Shown piece after piece: positions 39,880-49,178 of a DNA stretch of 64,000 bases (position 1 is the first letter of the stretch; each line of letters starts with the position of its first letter). The notes beneath the pieces were generated by a model. That model was not told where the DNA came from. It was given only the letters and a program-made list of their open reading frames with translations, and ran no database searches. Origin of the DNA: an uncultured Clostridia bacterium. Its GTDB lineage: Bacteria; Bacillota; Clostridia; TANB77; CAG-508. The position numbers and the translations under genes are program-made. The DNA lies in contig CASSLW010000003.1 in the NCBI GenBank assembly GCA_949443285.1, positions 2,340-66,339 on the forward strand, given 5' to 3'.

Positions 39880-39906
39880 ATGAAATCTCCTCTCTTTTGT
39901 CTATTT

Positions 39907-40554
39907 TTATGCTACCATTAGGTTCTCAACATCATCTTCATAATTTGGTGTATATAGTCTCATTAGTTCTCTGTTTGTTTTTTTATCGACTAATATTACT
40001 ACTGCTGATATCTCAAAAAAGTATAATTGAATATATGTCATAAAAACATTTATTATATCTGTATCTATAGCTGTTACCTCTAAATCGTATTTATAATCTA
40101 GTTTAAACATTTTTAATGTGCTTGCATAAGCTAATATCATTGCACCGCTTCCACAATTCATTTCAAGCATTTTCCCATTATTAGACTTTTTGTTTATATT
40201 AATAACACCTTGTAACTTTTTTCCAACTTCTTGTAATGGATTAACATTTAACAATTCCAAATAATTTTTATTACTAATCTTTTGATAAATTTCTCCAAGT
40301 ATGTCGTATGGATCTTTTTCATTACAAAATAATTTAGTTAGTTCTGCTGATAATGCATAAAAATTAAATTGTTCTTCTTTTTCATAACTTTGATATATTT
40401 CTTCATACATATCACTATTTCTTTGATTAAATGAAACTTTATTACTTAAACTTATGGCAAATAAAGATATAAAATCCTTAAAAACTTTTTCTGGTAAGTA
40501 TTTCGTTTTATCGAAATTTAATAATTTTATAAACACTTCATATTTATCATTCAT
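39907..40554 (-). CDS. SAM-methyltransferase-like protein (motif I only, probably truncated or inactive)
   Basis: LEMNCGSGAMIL resembles MTase motif I; no NPPY/DPPY motif. Confidence 0.35.
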   Translation of the reverse strand: MNDKYEVFIKLLNFDKTKYLPEKVFKDFISLFAISLSNKVSFNQRNSDMYEEIYQSYEKEEQFNFYALSAELTKLFCNEKDPYDILGEIYQKISNKNYLELLNVNPLQEVGKKLQGVININKKSNNGKMLEMNCGSGAMILAYASTLKMFKLDYKYDLEVTAIDTDIINVFMTYIQLYFFEISAVVILVDKKTNRELMRLYTPNYEDDVENLMVA

Positions 40555-40631
40555 TTTTTTCTTCCTTCCTTTTATAGTATAAAAAGTGGAAATATTTCAT
40601 TCCACTTTTATATTATTTATATCTATTTATT

Positions 40632-41039
40632 TTAAAAAGGTAAATCGTCTGTACTTGATATTTCAAAGTCATTTCCTGAATTGTTTGTAAATTCTTTACC
40701 ATATTCACTAAATACATCTTTTTTAGCATCTGCAAAATATACTTCTTCAGCAATTACTTCAGTTGCATAGTGTTTTATTCCTTGCTCATCTTCCCAATTT
40801 CTTGTTTGTATTCTTCCTACTATTCCTACTTGCTGCCCTTTTTTGAAATATTGATTACAAAATTCTCCTGTTTTTGCCCAAGCCACAATTGGAATAAAAT
40901 CTGTTTGCCTTTCTTCATTTTCTTTTACAAATCTTCTATTTACAGCAAGTGTAAATGATGCAACTAATGTATTATTTGTTTGTGTGTATCTTACTTCTGG
41001 ATCTTTTGTTAGCCTTCCTATTAAACATACTTTATTCAT
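40632..41039 (-). CDS. ssb: single-stranded DNA-binding protein
   Basis: OB-fold signature and C-terminal DDLPF tail. Confidence 0.85.
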   Translation of the reverse strand: MNKVCLIGRLTKDPEVRYTQTNNTLVASFTLAVNRRFVKENEERQTDFIPIVAWAKTGEFCNQYFKKGQQVGIVGRIQTRNWEDEQGIKHYATEVIAEEVYFADAKKDVFSEYGKEFTNNSGNDFEISSTDDLPF

Positions 41040-41082
41040 AATATAATTCCTCCCTTATAATTTTTTATCTTCACATTTTTCT

Positions 41083-41367
41083 TTACGCTATTAACTTTGT
41101 TTCTTCCATTATTATACTTGTTACTCTCTCCTCTTGGCATTCATCATCACTATAAAAATCAACCCAGTTAGTTCTTTTAAATGGATTCTTCTTATTTGAT
41201 ATGTCATTATCAAGATGTAAATTGTCTTTTTGTGCATTTTTCATAAGTTCTTTTGCTTTTCTCATTGCTTTCCTTTTATTTTTATATGCTCCATAAAAAT
41301 ACATCTCATCATTTAGTAATGTTTTAAAATCTGCATAATTAATTTCATAAATTACATATATAATCAT
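41083..41367 (-). CDS. hypothetical protein
   Basis: 94-aa ORF. Confidence 0.3.
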   Translation of the reverse strand: MIIYVIYEINYADFKTLLNDEMYFYGAYKNKRKAMRKAKELMKNAQKDNLHLDNDISNKKNPFKRTNWVDFYSDDECQEERVTSIIMEETKLIA

Positions 41368-41382
41368 CTTTAATCCCCTTCT

Positions 41383-41673
41383 TTATATTTTCACTATTAT
41401 GTATTTTATTATTTCATCCGTAATTCTATAAAAACGTTCTATTTCACCTATTGCAGCATCTTTATTTTCATTATTTATTTCAAACTGATATAGTAAATAA
41501 TGACCTTCTTTATTTTTATGTATTTCATATGCGAGTTTTCTAACTCCAATATCTTCTTTATTGGTTAATTTCGCTAATACGTTTATTTTATTTTCTATTC
41601 CTAAAGTAACTTTTTCTAATTCTACTTTACTTAAATTTGGCTTTACTATTATTACACTTTCATATTTATTCAT
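41383..41673 (-). CDS. hypothetical protein
   Basis: 96-aa ORF. Confidence 0.3.
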   Translation of the reverse strand: MNKYESVIIVKPNLSKVELEKVTLGIENKINVLAKLTNKEDIGVRKLAYEIHKNKEGHYLLYQFEINNENKDAAIGEIERFYRITDEIIKYIIVKI

Positions 41674-41727
41674 ATTATTATTCCTCCTAAAAAATAAAAG
41701 TTATCCTTTAATAGACAACTTTAAAAT

Positions 41728-43395
41728 TTATGCTGCTAATGGTATTTCATAGCAACTTCTTTCTTTAATTTCTTTTTTTATAGATTTTTCTTTTCTATCT
41801 AAAACATCTGCATAATCATATAAAATTTCTAATTTATTATATTTAATAACTGTTGATATTATTAATTGAGTATTTGGTATGTCTTGAATATCTGTAGTAC
41901 TTTCTGAATCATCGAAAAAAATTGGAGCATTTATACCAGAAATGTTATTAAATACATTTGATATTTCTAAACATGCCCTCGCTTGTTCTGATTTAGATAG
42001 CTTTTTATAATCTCTTCCTTCATATTGTATATTGCAACATTCTGTTATTTCTCCTGTTGTTTTTACAATTTTACTAAATTCTATATCAACTTTATTTAGA
42101 TATTTTCGTATTTTTTCCTTCTGTGCTTCAATTACTAATATTTTCAATTTGTCTGCAATCTTTTTTTGTTTTTTATTCAATTCCAATTGTTCTTGTATCT
42201 CCTTTTGAGCTGTTTCACAAGACTTTAATGTTGATTTTGCTTCTTGGACTTTTTTCATTTTTATTTCTACTTCTTTGTTATGAAATAAAATATCATTTTT
42301 TTCTTTTTGCAATATATCTATCTTGTTTTTTATTTCTTCCTTTTCTGTTTGTAATATTTTCATATTTGAAGTATTTAACTTATTATAAAGTTCTTGTTTT
42401 TCTTTTTTCTCAGCTGTTAAATTCTTTGCATTTTCTTTTAGTATGTTTGCTTTTCCTTTAAGATTATTCATTTCTTTTTGAAAAAATTTTATTAGATTCT
42501 CTTTTGCTTCATTATTTTTTATCTCCTGCATACAAGAAGGACATATTGATTGTTCCTTATCAATATTCTTTAATTTGTTATTCTCCCTATCATATTGCTC
42601 TGAGATTTTAGCTAAATCTTCTGTAAGAATTTCTTTTAACCTTCTATTTATTCCATCTATATTTCTTTTTAAAGTTTCGAGATTAGCATTATTAAAGCTT
42701 TCTGATATATTTCTATATTTTTCTTGCAGTACTTTTAGTTCTTCTTCTTTATCAAAATTTAATATACTCCCTTCTTGCTCTAGTGCTATTGTTTTCAGCG
42801 TTTCTATCATTCCAATATTTCTATTATATTCTTTTTCTAATCTATCAATCTCCTGGTTTTTCTTATTTGTATAACTGCTTAAATTTTCTATTGGATTTTC
42901 TAATATTTGTCTATCATATTCTGGTAGCAATTTAAATGCTTCTATAGGTTCAATATTAGGTAATATGCTTCTAATTAAATCCTTTTGTTCTTTTGGTTCT
43001 AGAGTCCAAAAATAATATGGATTATGTGCAACTAAAAATATATCTTTATCTTTATAAAACTGCACTAGACTTTCTTGTTTTATCTCTTTTCCATCTAGTG
43101 TTAAATGTAATTCTTTTCCCTTATCTCTCACAAGCCTATGTTCAATTCCAAAATTATCTACAAAAGTTATATCCACAATGACATTTTTTCCTTTTCTTGT
43201 ATCATTAGCAACTTGTTCTTTTTCTTTTCCGTATAAACTTGTATTTGTAAGACACCAATTAAATACACTTCCTACTGTTGTTTTACCTTGAAAATTTGCT
43301 CCTATTATGTATGTTTTATTTTCATCAAATTCAATATTAAAACCATCTGGCAGGTTTTTATACCCTATCACATTATTAATACTTTTTATATACAT
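41728..43395 (-). CDS. mini SbcC/Rad50-like ABC ATPase with a CxxC zinc hook
   Basis: Walker A GANFQGKTT; central coiled coil containing ICPSC; signature LSKSEQ; Walker B IFFDDSE. Confidence 0.65.
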   Translation of the reverse strand: MYIKSINNVIGYKNLPDGFNIEFDENKTYIIGANFQGKTTVGSVFNWCLTNTSLYGKEKEQVANDTRKGKNVIVDITFVDNFGIEHRLVRDKGKELHLTLDGKEIKQESLVQFYKDKDIFLVAHNPYYFWTLEPKEQKDLIRSILPNIEPIEAFKLLPEYDRQILENPIENLSSYTNKKNQEIDRLEKEYNRNIGMIETLKTIALEQEGSILNFDKEEELKVLQEKYRNISESFNNANLETLKRNIDGINRRLKEILTEDLAKISEQYDRENNKLKNIDKEQSICPSCMQEIKNNEAKENLIKFFQKEMNNLKGKANILKENAKNLTAEKKEKQELYNKLNTSNMKILQTEKEEIKNKIDILQKEKNDILFHNKEVEIKMKKVQEAKSTLKSCETAQKEIQEQLELNKKQKKIADKLKILVIEAQKEKIRKYLNKVDIEFSKIVKTTGEITECCNIQYEGRDYKKLSKSEQARACLEISNVFNNISGINAPIFFDDSESTTDIQDIPNTQLIISTVIKYNKLEILYDYADVLDRKEKSIKKEIKERSCYEIPLAA

Positions 43396-43408
43396 TTTTT
43401 CAACCTTT

Positions 43409-43951
43409 CTATCCAGCTTTTTTTCCTAAGTCAAATATCTTATCAAAATCATCTATATCTGGATTTCCTAATAATTTCTCTATATTATTTTCATTTAAAG
43501 TTTCTTCAGCATTTATGTTTGTATTATCATCTATTGTTTCTTTATTATTTTCAGAATATTTGGATTTTTCTGTATCATCGATTGTTGGAATTGCAAATGT
43601 TTGTGTCATTGCATATTTATACGCACCACTTAATGCTTTATATATAGCCCAACCTTCTTTGTCACATCCTTCTCCTGGTATATTAACATCCATATAATCG
43701 CATTTTCCATCTTTATTTGGCTCTGTATCATAAAATCTATAAACCATATCTATTATTACATCATTTCCTTTTTGAACAACTTGATTTAGTTTTAATGGTA
43801 TGATAATAACTTTTTCCTCTATCATTGCTTCTCTTGCTTTAATTATAATGCTTGCTATTGAAGCATACTCAAAGTCTTTTTCTTTGTTAGTTTTATCTTT
43901 AATTATTGGACCTATTTTAGTCATAACATTTAGTATTTTTTCTACTATCAT
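43409..43951 (-). CDS. ERF-family-like single-strand annealing protein
   Basis: N-terminal pattern KILNVMTKIGPIIKDKTNKEKDFEYASIASII resembles ERF. Confidence 0.4.
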   Translation of the reverse strand: MIVEKILNVMTKIGPIIKDKTNKEKDFEYASIASIIIKAREAMIEEKVIIIPLKLNQVVQKGNDVIIDMVYRFYDTEPNKDGKCDYMDVNIPGEGCDKEGWAIYKALSGAYKYAMTQTFAIPTIDDTEKSKYSENNKETIDDNTNINAEETLNENNIEKLLGNPDIDDFDKIFDLGKKAG

Positions 43952-44549
43952 CTTTTATCCTTTCTCTACTTGTTCGTAGTTCATTATTTTTTATTTTAAT
44001 TTTTCTTTCTATTGAGAATATATCTACATTAGCATCATTTTCAATAAATTCCATTTTTCTAATATCTGTTAATCTATTTTCATTTAATAAAATATATTGA
44101 AATGGTATATCTAACGTTTTGAAATCTTGCAAAGTTGTTTCTAGTATCCTTATGCTTTTATTGCTTACAGGCCAAAATACCGATTTCCAACCTATTATTA
44201 TATAAGTTTTACCATCTTTTTCAAATTTCTTATAAATATTTATCTTTTTGAATTTATTATTACTAATTGGTTCCTTTTCTTGTATTTTTGACTTTAGTAA
44301 CTCATATCCTCGTTTTGTTGTACAAAGTCTTACTTGATACTTTTCTGTATTATTTCTTTTTTCTCCTAAAACTCTTTCTATTGCACTTTCATTAAACCAA
44401 TCTTTTTCTCCAAATATCAAATCTATGTAATAATCTTCAAAGAATTCATCTTTTCTTATAATAAATCCTAGCTTGTTTTCTACTTTGCCTAGTTCTTTCC
44501 CTATACCAGTCACTTTAACTAATTCACCATAATTATATTTATTTCTCAT
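43917..44549 (-). CDS. hypothetical protein
   Basis: 210-aa ORF. Confidence 0.3.
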   Translation of the reverse strand: MRNKYNYGELVKVTGIGKELGKVENKLGFIIRKDEFFEDYYIDLIFGEKDWFNESAIERVLGEKRNNTEKYQVRLCTTKRGYELLKSKIQEKEPISNNKFKKINIYKKFEKDGKTYIIIGWKSVFWPVSNKSIRILETTLQDFKTLDIPFQYILLNENRLTDIRKMEFIENDANVDIFSIERKIKIKNNELRTSRERIKDDSRKNTKCYD

Positions 44550-44564
44550 ATTCTTTACCCCTAA

Positions 44565-45626
44565 TTAAACTGCTTCTTTCAATTCTTCTGTTTCACCTTT
44601 TTCCATTAGTCCGTTTGAACTTACAACTGCTTTTATTTCATATTTACAAAGAATATTTTTATTCATTTCTATTTTCGTTTCTTTTATTTCTACTAATGTT
44701 CCTATTTCTTCTTTCAATATTTCTTGATTAGCCCTTGGATGTAAAATATATTCTATATCTTGAAAGTTTTCATCTTGAAAAATAATTTTATTAAATTCAT
44801 TACCATTTATTTCTTCTGGCATAAATCCTTTGACTACAAAATAGTTAGAACCATCTTTTTTACTTTCTTCTTTATTTCCTTTGTCTTCAACTATATTGTT
44901 TTTCATATCTTTTTCAGGTTCTACTTCTACTACCTTCTTTTCTTTTTTCTCTTTTTCCTTTGGCTTGGCTAATTGTTTCATTTCTTGCACGTTTGTTTGT
45001 GTTAATTGTGGTTCTGAATTTGTTACTAACTGTGGCTTTATATCAGTTCGACGCAAATCAATAGAGTAGTATGTTCCATAAGCTAAGCTTTGTTGTTCTG
45101 TTAAAGTCAATTCAAAAGGCACTCCTATAATACTCATTCCAGCTTTCTTATATTTTACTATTTCGGATGCAATATTAGATAGTGATATTCCTCCTGAAGT
45201 GCTTAAATTCCATACTCCACCTGCTTCAATTCCATCTAATACAAATTTTAAACTTCCTTTTAGTTTGCATTTACCACTTTGTCTATGTGGACATTCCTCA
45301 TCACATTCTATTTCTATTTGTGTGTTATTATTTTTAGTATCTTTTCCAACTGTTATAGCTTTTGTTCCATTTCCTATGCAGACCGCTTTTCCATTTACAT
45401 ACCTTTTAAATTTAAAATTAAATGGATTTTCTGATGTAAATCTTATTTTTAGAGTGGTTGGCTTGTTTGGATATAATTGCTTGAATATATCTACCATTTC
45501 ATAAGTTGTTCCTTTATCTTCTTCCACATTAAAATAAGATAACTTTTTTGGTACTCCATTTTCTCCTTTCATTCCAGTTTTTATATTTCCAATTACTCTT
45601 TCTCTCACTAAATCTTGTATTTTCAT
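44565..45626 (-). CDS. hypothetical phage protein with a Lys/Glu-rich linker
   Basis: 353-aa ORF. Confidence 0.35.
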   Translation of the reverse strand: MKIQDLVRERVIGNIKTGMKGENGVPKKLSYFNVEEDKGTTYEMVDIFKQLYPNKPTTLKIRFTSENPFNFKFKRYVNGKAVCIGNGTKAITVGKDTKNNNTQIEIECDEECPHRQSGKCKLKGSLKFVLDGIEAGGVWNLSTSGGISLSNIASEIVKYKKAGMSIIGVPFELTLTEQQSLAYGTYYSIDLRRTDIKPQLVTNSEPQLTQTNVQEMKQLAKPKEKEKKEKKVVEVEPEKDMKNNIVEDKGNKEESKKDGSNYFVVKGFMPEEINGNEFNKIIFQDENFQDIEYILHPRANQEILKEEIGTLVEIKETKIEMNKNILCKYEIKAVVSSNGLMEKGETEELKEAV

Positions 45627-45645
45627 TCTATTTTACTCCTTCCAT

Positions 45646-45882
45646 TTAAGCAGCATCTTCTATTTCTGTTTCTATGTAATCAACTAAATCTATTAACTGC
45701 TCTGTTATTTTGTTTTTTAGCTCTTTATAATCTTTTTTGTTAATATAAGATTCTTCGCTAGCAAATTCATTTTCTTTAGGATTTAAATTATTAATTTTTG
45801 TATCATTATTACACAGTAAATTTTCAAATTCCCATATAATATCTTCGGCTGTTTCTTCACACCAACTTTTACTAACTAGCAT
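45646..45882 (-). CDS. hypothetical protein
   Basis: 78-aa ORF. Confidence 0.3.
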   Translation of the reverse strand: MLVSKSWCEETAEDIIWEFENLLCNNDTKINNLNPKENEFASEESYINKKDYKELKNKITEQLIDLVDYIETEIEDAA

Positions 45883-46231
45883 ATTTTAATCTCTCCTTTT
45901 CATATGAATATTCATATAACTTTTCTAAATCCAATTCAACTACAGGTAATCTTAAAAATTTTACTGTTACTTTTTTCGGAATGCTTTTTACTATTCCTAA
46001 GTCCAGTAAAAAACTTATCAAATTTGTATTAGCATAATTATCTATAACAACTTGATTTTCTTCTAATTTTTCTTCAACATTAACTGTTACATTCGAAATA
46101 TGAGATATATTTTTGTCATTTTCTACATATCCATAAATGGATAGACTTAGTTTTCCTTTTCCATATTCTCCTATGTCAAAAAAACAGTCTCTGTATCTTA
46201 CACAATTTGATTCATAGTTAAATGTTTTCAA
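45872..46231 (-). CDS. hypothetical protein
   Basis: 119-aa ORF. Confidence 0.3.
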   Translation of the reverse strand: MKTFNYESNCVRYRDCFFDIGEYGKGKLSLSIYGYVENDKNISHISNVTVNVEEKLEENQVVIDNYANTNLISFLLDLGIVKSIPKKVTVKFLRLPVVELDLEKLYEYSYEKERLKYAS

Positions 46232-46613
46232 CTACTTTCCCTCCTTTTTTATAAATTTAATTTTTATTTGTATTCAAAAAACAATTAATCTATTTCCTCC
46301 TTTCCTATTTTTACACAAAAAAATAACAAGTTCGAATTTATTTTTTCGTACTTGTTTTTTATTGTTTATTTAATTTTACGCACAATTCCCCCTATAGTTA
46401 TGTTTAACTATAAGTGGCATAAATAGAGTGCTACTTACTTTACCTTTGCTTTAATTGCAAAGTACTGCTGAAATACTATCAGCTTTACCCTGATAACAGG
46501 TATAACTATAAAGTTATTTCTTTATAGTTATTAATTTTGAATACATATATATTTTAACTTATATTTTATTAAAATGGAATATACACACCCTATTTTTATA
46601 GCTATTAAGCTTT

Positions 46614-47177
46614 TTAATTAGTATTTTTTATTATTCCAAAAAACTTCAATATCCTTTTCCAAAGACTTTTCTCTTTTTCTATTTCTTTTATTTCTATCAT
46701 TGCTTTTTCACTATTGTCAACTTGCTTTTCATTCTCTTTTTCTATAATAAATTCTTCTATTGCCTCTTTAAGTAGTTCATCATCTATTGGTTTTCTTATA
46801 ATTCTAAAAACATTAAATTCATTTGCTTTATTTCTTAATTCAGGATTAAAAGCATCTCCTGTAATCATAATAAATGTAGGTTTATCTTGAATATCTGAAT
46901 TATATATTTTTTCAATAACATCAATTCCATTTAATCCTGGCATCTGATTATCTGTAATTACTAAATCTGGCTTTAACTCTATAATTTTTTCATATTCTTC
47001 AGTTCCGTTATTAGCAATTTCTAGTATTTCAAGTCTATCATCTTCTGTTAAAACGTTTTTAATTGTTTTTGCTATTATTTCAGCATCATCTGCTATAAGA
47101 ACTTTCATTTTTTCTTCTTTATTATCTATACTATTATTAACATTGCTTTCCAATATTTTTACATTTTCATTATTCAT
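46614..47177 (-). CDS. standalone response-regulator receiver (REC) domain protein
   Basis: LIADDAEI; phospho-acceptor DLVITDNQMPG; IMITG; IIRKP; no output domain. Confidence 0.7.
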   Translation of the reverse strand: MNNENVKILESNVNNSIDNKEEKMKVLIADDAEIIAKTIKNVLTEDDRLEILEIANNGTEEYEKIIELKPDLVITDNQMPGLNGIDVIEKIYNSDIQDKPTFIMITGDAFNPELRNKANEFNVFRIIRKPIDDELLKEAIEEFIIEKENEKQVDNSEKAMIEIKEIEKEKSLWKRILKFFGIIKNTN

Positions 47178-47290
47178 TTCTTTTCCTTCTTTCTTTCATA
47201 TTCGTTTTTCGCTAGCTGGTACGCAATATTTAAACTACAAAAATATAGTATTATTATCTTAAATTCTTACTACGAGGTGAATATAATACT

Positions 47291-47555
47291 ATGAAAACAA
47301 AAAATTTAAATGGTTATATGAATATTGTCCGGTTCGAACATCAAAAAATATAGAGAACTTCGTTGTCTTTCCCAAAGACAACTTTCTGATAAGTTATTAC
47401 TACAAGGTGTAAATTTGTATGATTCTGATATTTGTCGTATTGAAGCTCATACCTTATTTATTAGAGATTTTGAACAAAAAGCTATCTGCAAAGTCCTTAA
47501 TATTACATATGAGCAATTATTTGAAAATACTGACACTTTTTTTGAGAGCAAATAA
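47291..47555 (+). pseudogene. XRE helix-turn-helix regulator with an apparent 1-nt frameshift near its start
   Basis: ATG 47291 with RBS GAGGTGA gives MKTKNLNGYMNIVRFEHQKI then a stop; the HTH frame (SGSNIKKYRELRCLSQRQLS) starts only at TTG 47325; removing 1 nt would restore a typical MNI-GSNIKKYRELR. Confidence 0.4.
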
Positions 47556-47749
47556 TATATTATTTGCTTTTTTACTTATCTCTCTATTATTTTTTCTCAT
47601 ATCTTCGTCTACTTTCATTAAATTTACATAAATTATATCACAATTTCAAATTAAATTCAATATTTTGTTTGTAAAATGCCATAATAGTTATGTGAGTTCG
47701 TTTATTTTTAATGTTCTATACTATATTATTCTTTTATAGGGGGGATATT

Positions 47750-48106
47750 ATGAAAAAAGAAGCCTTAAAAGGAATTGGCGAAAACATTCAAAAAGCTCGT
47801 TTAAAAAGGAAATTAACTCAAGAACAATTGGCTGAAAAATGTAATGTTTCTTCTGAATATATTAGTAGCTTAGAAAGAGGTCTTTCTTCTGGAAGCATTT
47901 CGTTGATAGTTGATATATGTAATGCGTTAGATATAACTCCTGATTATGTTTTTAGTAAATGTATAAATAGTAATTGTGATTCAAATTATAATATTGATAT
48001 TTTAGATACTGAAACATCTGTTGCTTATTTAAAGTTGAAAGATGATAATAAAAATTTTGTAAACTATACAATTAAACATCTATATTCTATGCAAAGAAAG
48101 AGATAA
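47750..48106 (+). CDS. XRE-family helix-turn-helix regulator
   Basis: MKKEALKGIGENIQKARLKRKLTQEQLAEKCNVSSEYISSLERG; RBS AGGGGGGAT. Confidence 0.65.
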   Translation: MKKEALKGIGENIQKARLKRKLTQEQLAEKCNVSSEYISSLERGLSSGSISLIVDICNALDITPDYVFSKCINSNCDSNYNIDILDTETSVAYLKLKDDNKNFVNYTIKHLYSMQRKR

Positions 48107-48123
48107 TCCTACGAGAACTGATT

Positions 48124-48170
48124 ATAAACAAAGATAGATAATTTTTAAACTATTATCTATCTTTGTTTAT
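48124..48170. terminator. bidirectional terminator (19-bp perfect inverted repeat)
   Basis: ATAAACAAAGATAGATAAT-N9-ATTATCTATCTTTGTTTAT between convergent genes. Confidence 0.6.
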
Positions 48171-48176
48171 AATTTA

Positions 48177-48515
48177 TTATTCATCTTTTAAATATTTTTC
48201 CCAATCCATAAAAGCATGTCCTATTCTTAATACTAATGCTTTTGAATTTTCTTCATCAATTATATAAAATATTATATAATTTCTTACACTAATTTTTCTA
48301 ATATTTTTATGACCTGTTAATTCCTCATTTAAAATAGGCATACTTCCCGCTATATTTTCTAATTCTTTCAAATGCTGCTTAATTAAAATTTTATATTTAT
48401 CTGCTATAATATCTCCTGCTAAATTATATCGAAGATATGAAATAATATTCTCTAAATCTTTTTCAGCTGTTTCTGAGAGTTCTACCACATATTTCTTCAT
48501 AATATTTGCTCCCAT
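48177..48515 (-). CDS. RelE/ParE-family toxin
   Basis: 112 aa; C-terminal ...ALVLRIGH; sits just downstream of a small antitoxin-sized gene. Confidence 0.65.
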   Translation of the reverse strand: MGANIMKKYVVELSETAEKDLENIISYLRYNLAGDIIADKYKILIKQHLKELENIAGSMPILNEELTGHKNIRKISVRNYIIFYIIDEENSKALVLRIGHAFMDWEKYLKDE

Positions 48516-48518
48516 CTT

Positions 48519-48776
48519 TTATATATTATCTATTTTAGCAAAAGTTTCTTCTAAAGAATATACTTTATTTGCATTTATATCATCTAGTCCTTTTTGTAAT
48601 TTTGCTTTTAAGTCTTTTTTACTTTTTATTGTTATACTTTCTGGAGCTTCTGCATCTATATATGATAATTTTAAATATTCAATAAAATTAATAACTTGAT
48701 TAGCAAGTTCTTCTGGCAATGTTTCAATTTCATTATATAGTTTTTGTTTTTCTATTGACATATTGATTACCTCCAT
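48519..48776 (-). CDS. antitoxin of the toxin-antitoxin pair
   Basis: 85 aa, 4-nt gap to the toxin gene. Confidence 0.5.
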   Translation of the reverse strand: MEVINMSIEKQKLYNEIETLPEELANQVINFIEYLKLSYIDAEAPESITIKSKKDLKAKLQKGLDDINANKVYSLEETFAKIDNI

Positions 48777-48824
48777 GACAAATTTATATTATTATTATAT
48801 CATAAAATACCTAAAATAAATTAT

Positions 48825-49178
48825 TTATTTTTCAAATTTTCTTTCATATTTACACATAATCGTATATATTATAAGCTTTAAACTTGTTTTTGTATTTTCT
48901 TCAATATTAAAATATTTACATATTAAATCAGATTTTGTATTATTGTACATCGTTTTTATCACTTGATCAATACACCATTTTACATTATTTGCATTCTTTG
49001 CTTTATACTTTATAGCAATTCTAGGAAAAATATTTTTACTTAAGTTGTCTATACTGTTTTCTTCTTTGATACACATAATAATAGCTTCAGCTAAATATTT
49101 ATATCCCTTTGTACTTTTTTTAAAATTGAACCTTGATAGTTCATTATAAACAAATTCTTCTATCACTTTATTTTCCAT
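48825..49178 (-). CDS. Spo0A C-terminal DNA-binding-domain-only protein
   Basis: TKGYKYLAEAIIMC...LSKNIFPRIAIKYKAKNANNVKWCIDQVIK aligns with B. subtilis Spo0A-C (IKGYLYLREAISMV...[29 protein letters not shown]). Confidence 0.6.
   Translation of the reverse strand: MENKVIEEFVYNELSRFNFKKSTKGYKYLAEAIIMCIKEENSIDNLSKNIFPRIAIKYKAKNANNVKWCIDQVIKTMYNNTKSDLICKYFNIEENTKTSLKLIIYTIMCKYERKFEK

Noticed and set aside
39907-40554. Active N6-adenine DNA methyltransferase
   Set aside because: Only motif I (CGSGAM) is recognisable. There is no (D/N)PP(Y/F) catalytic motif, and the protein is about 100 aa too short. Called MTase-like or truncated instead.
46335-46350. tRNA-like GTTCGAAT motif (also at 47330), considered as a tRNA or att remnant
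   Set aside because: No acceptor stem, anticodon arm or CCA context can be folded around it. Most likely a chance match in AT-rich DNA.
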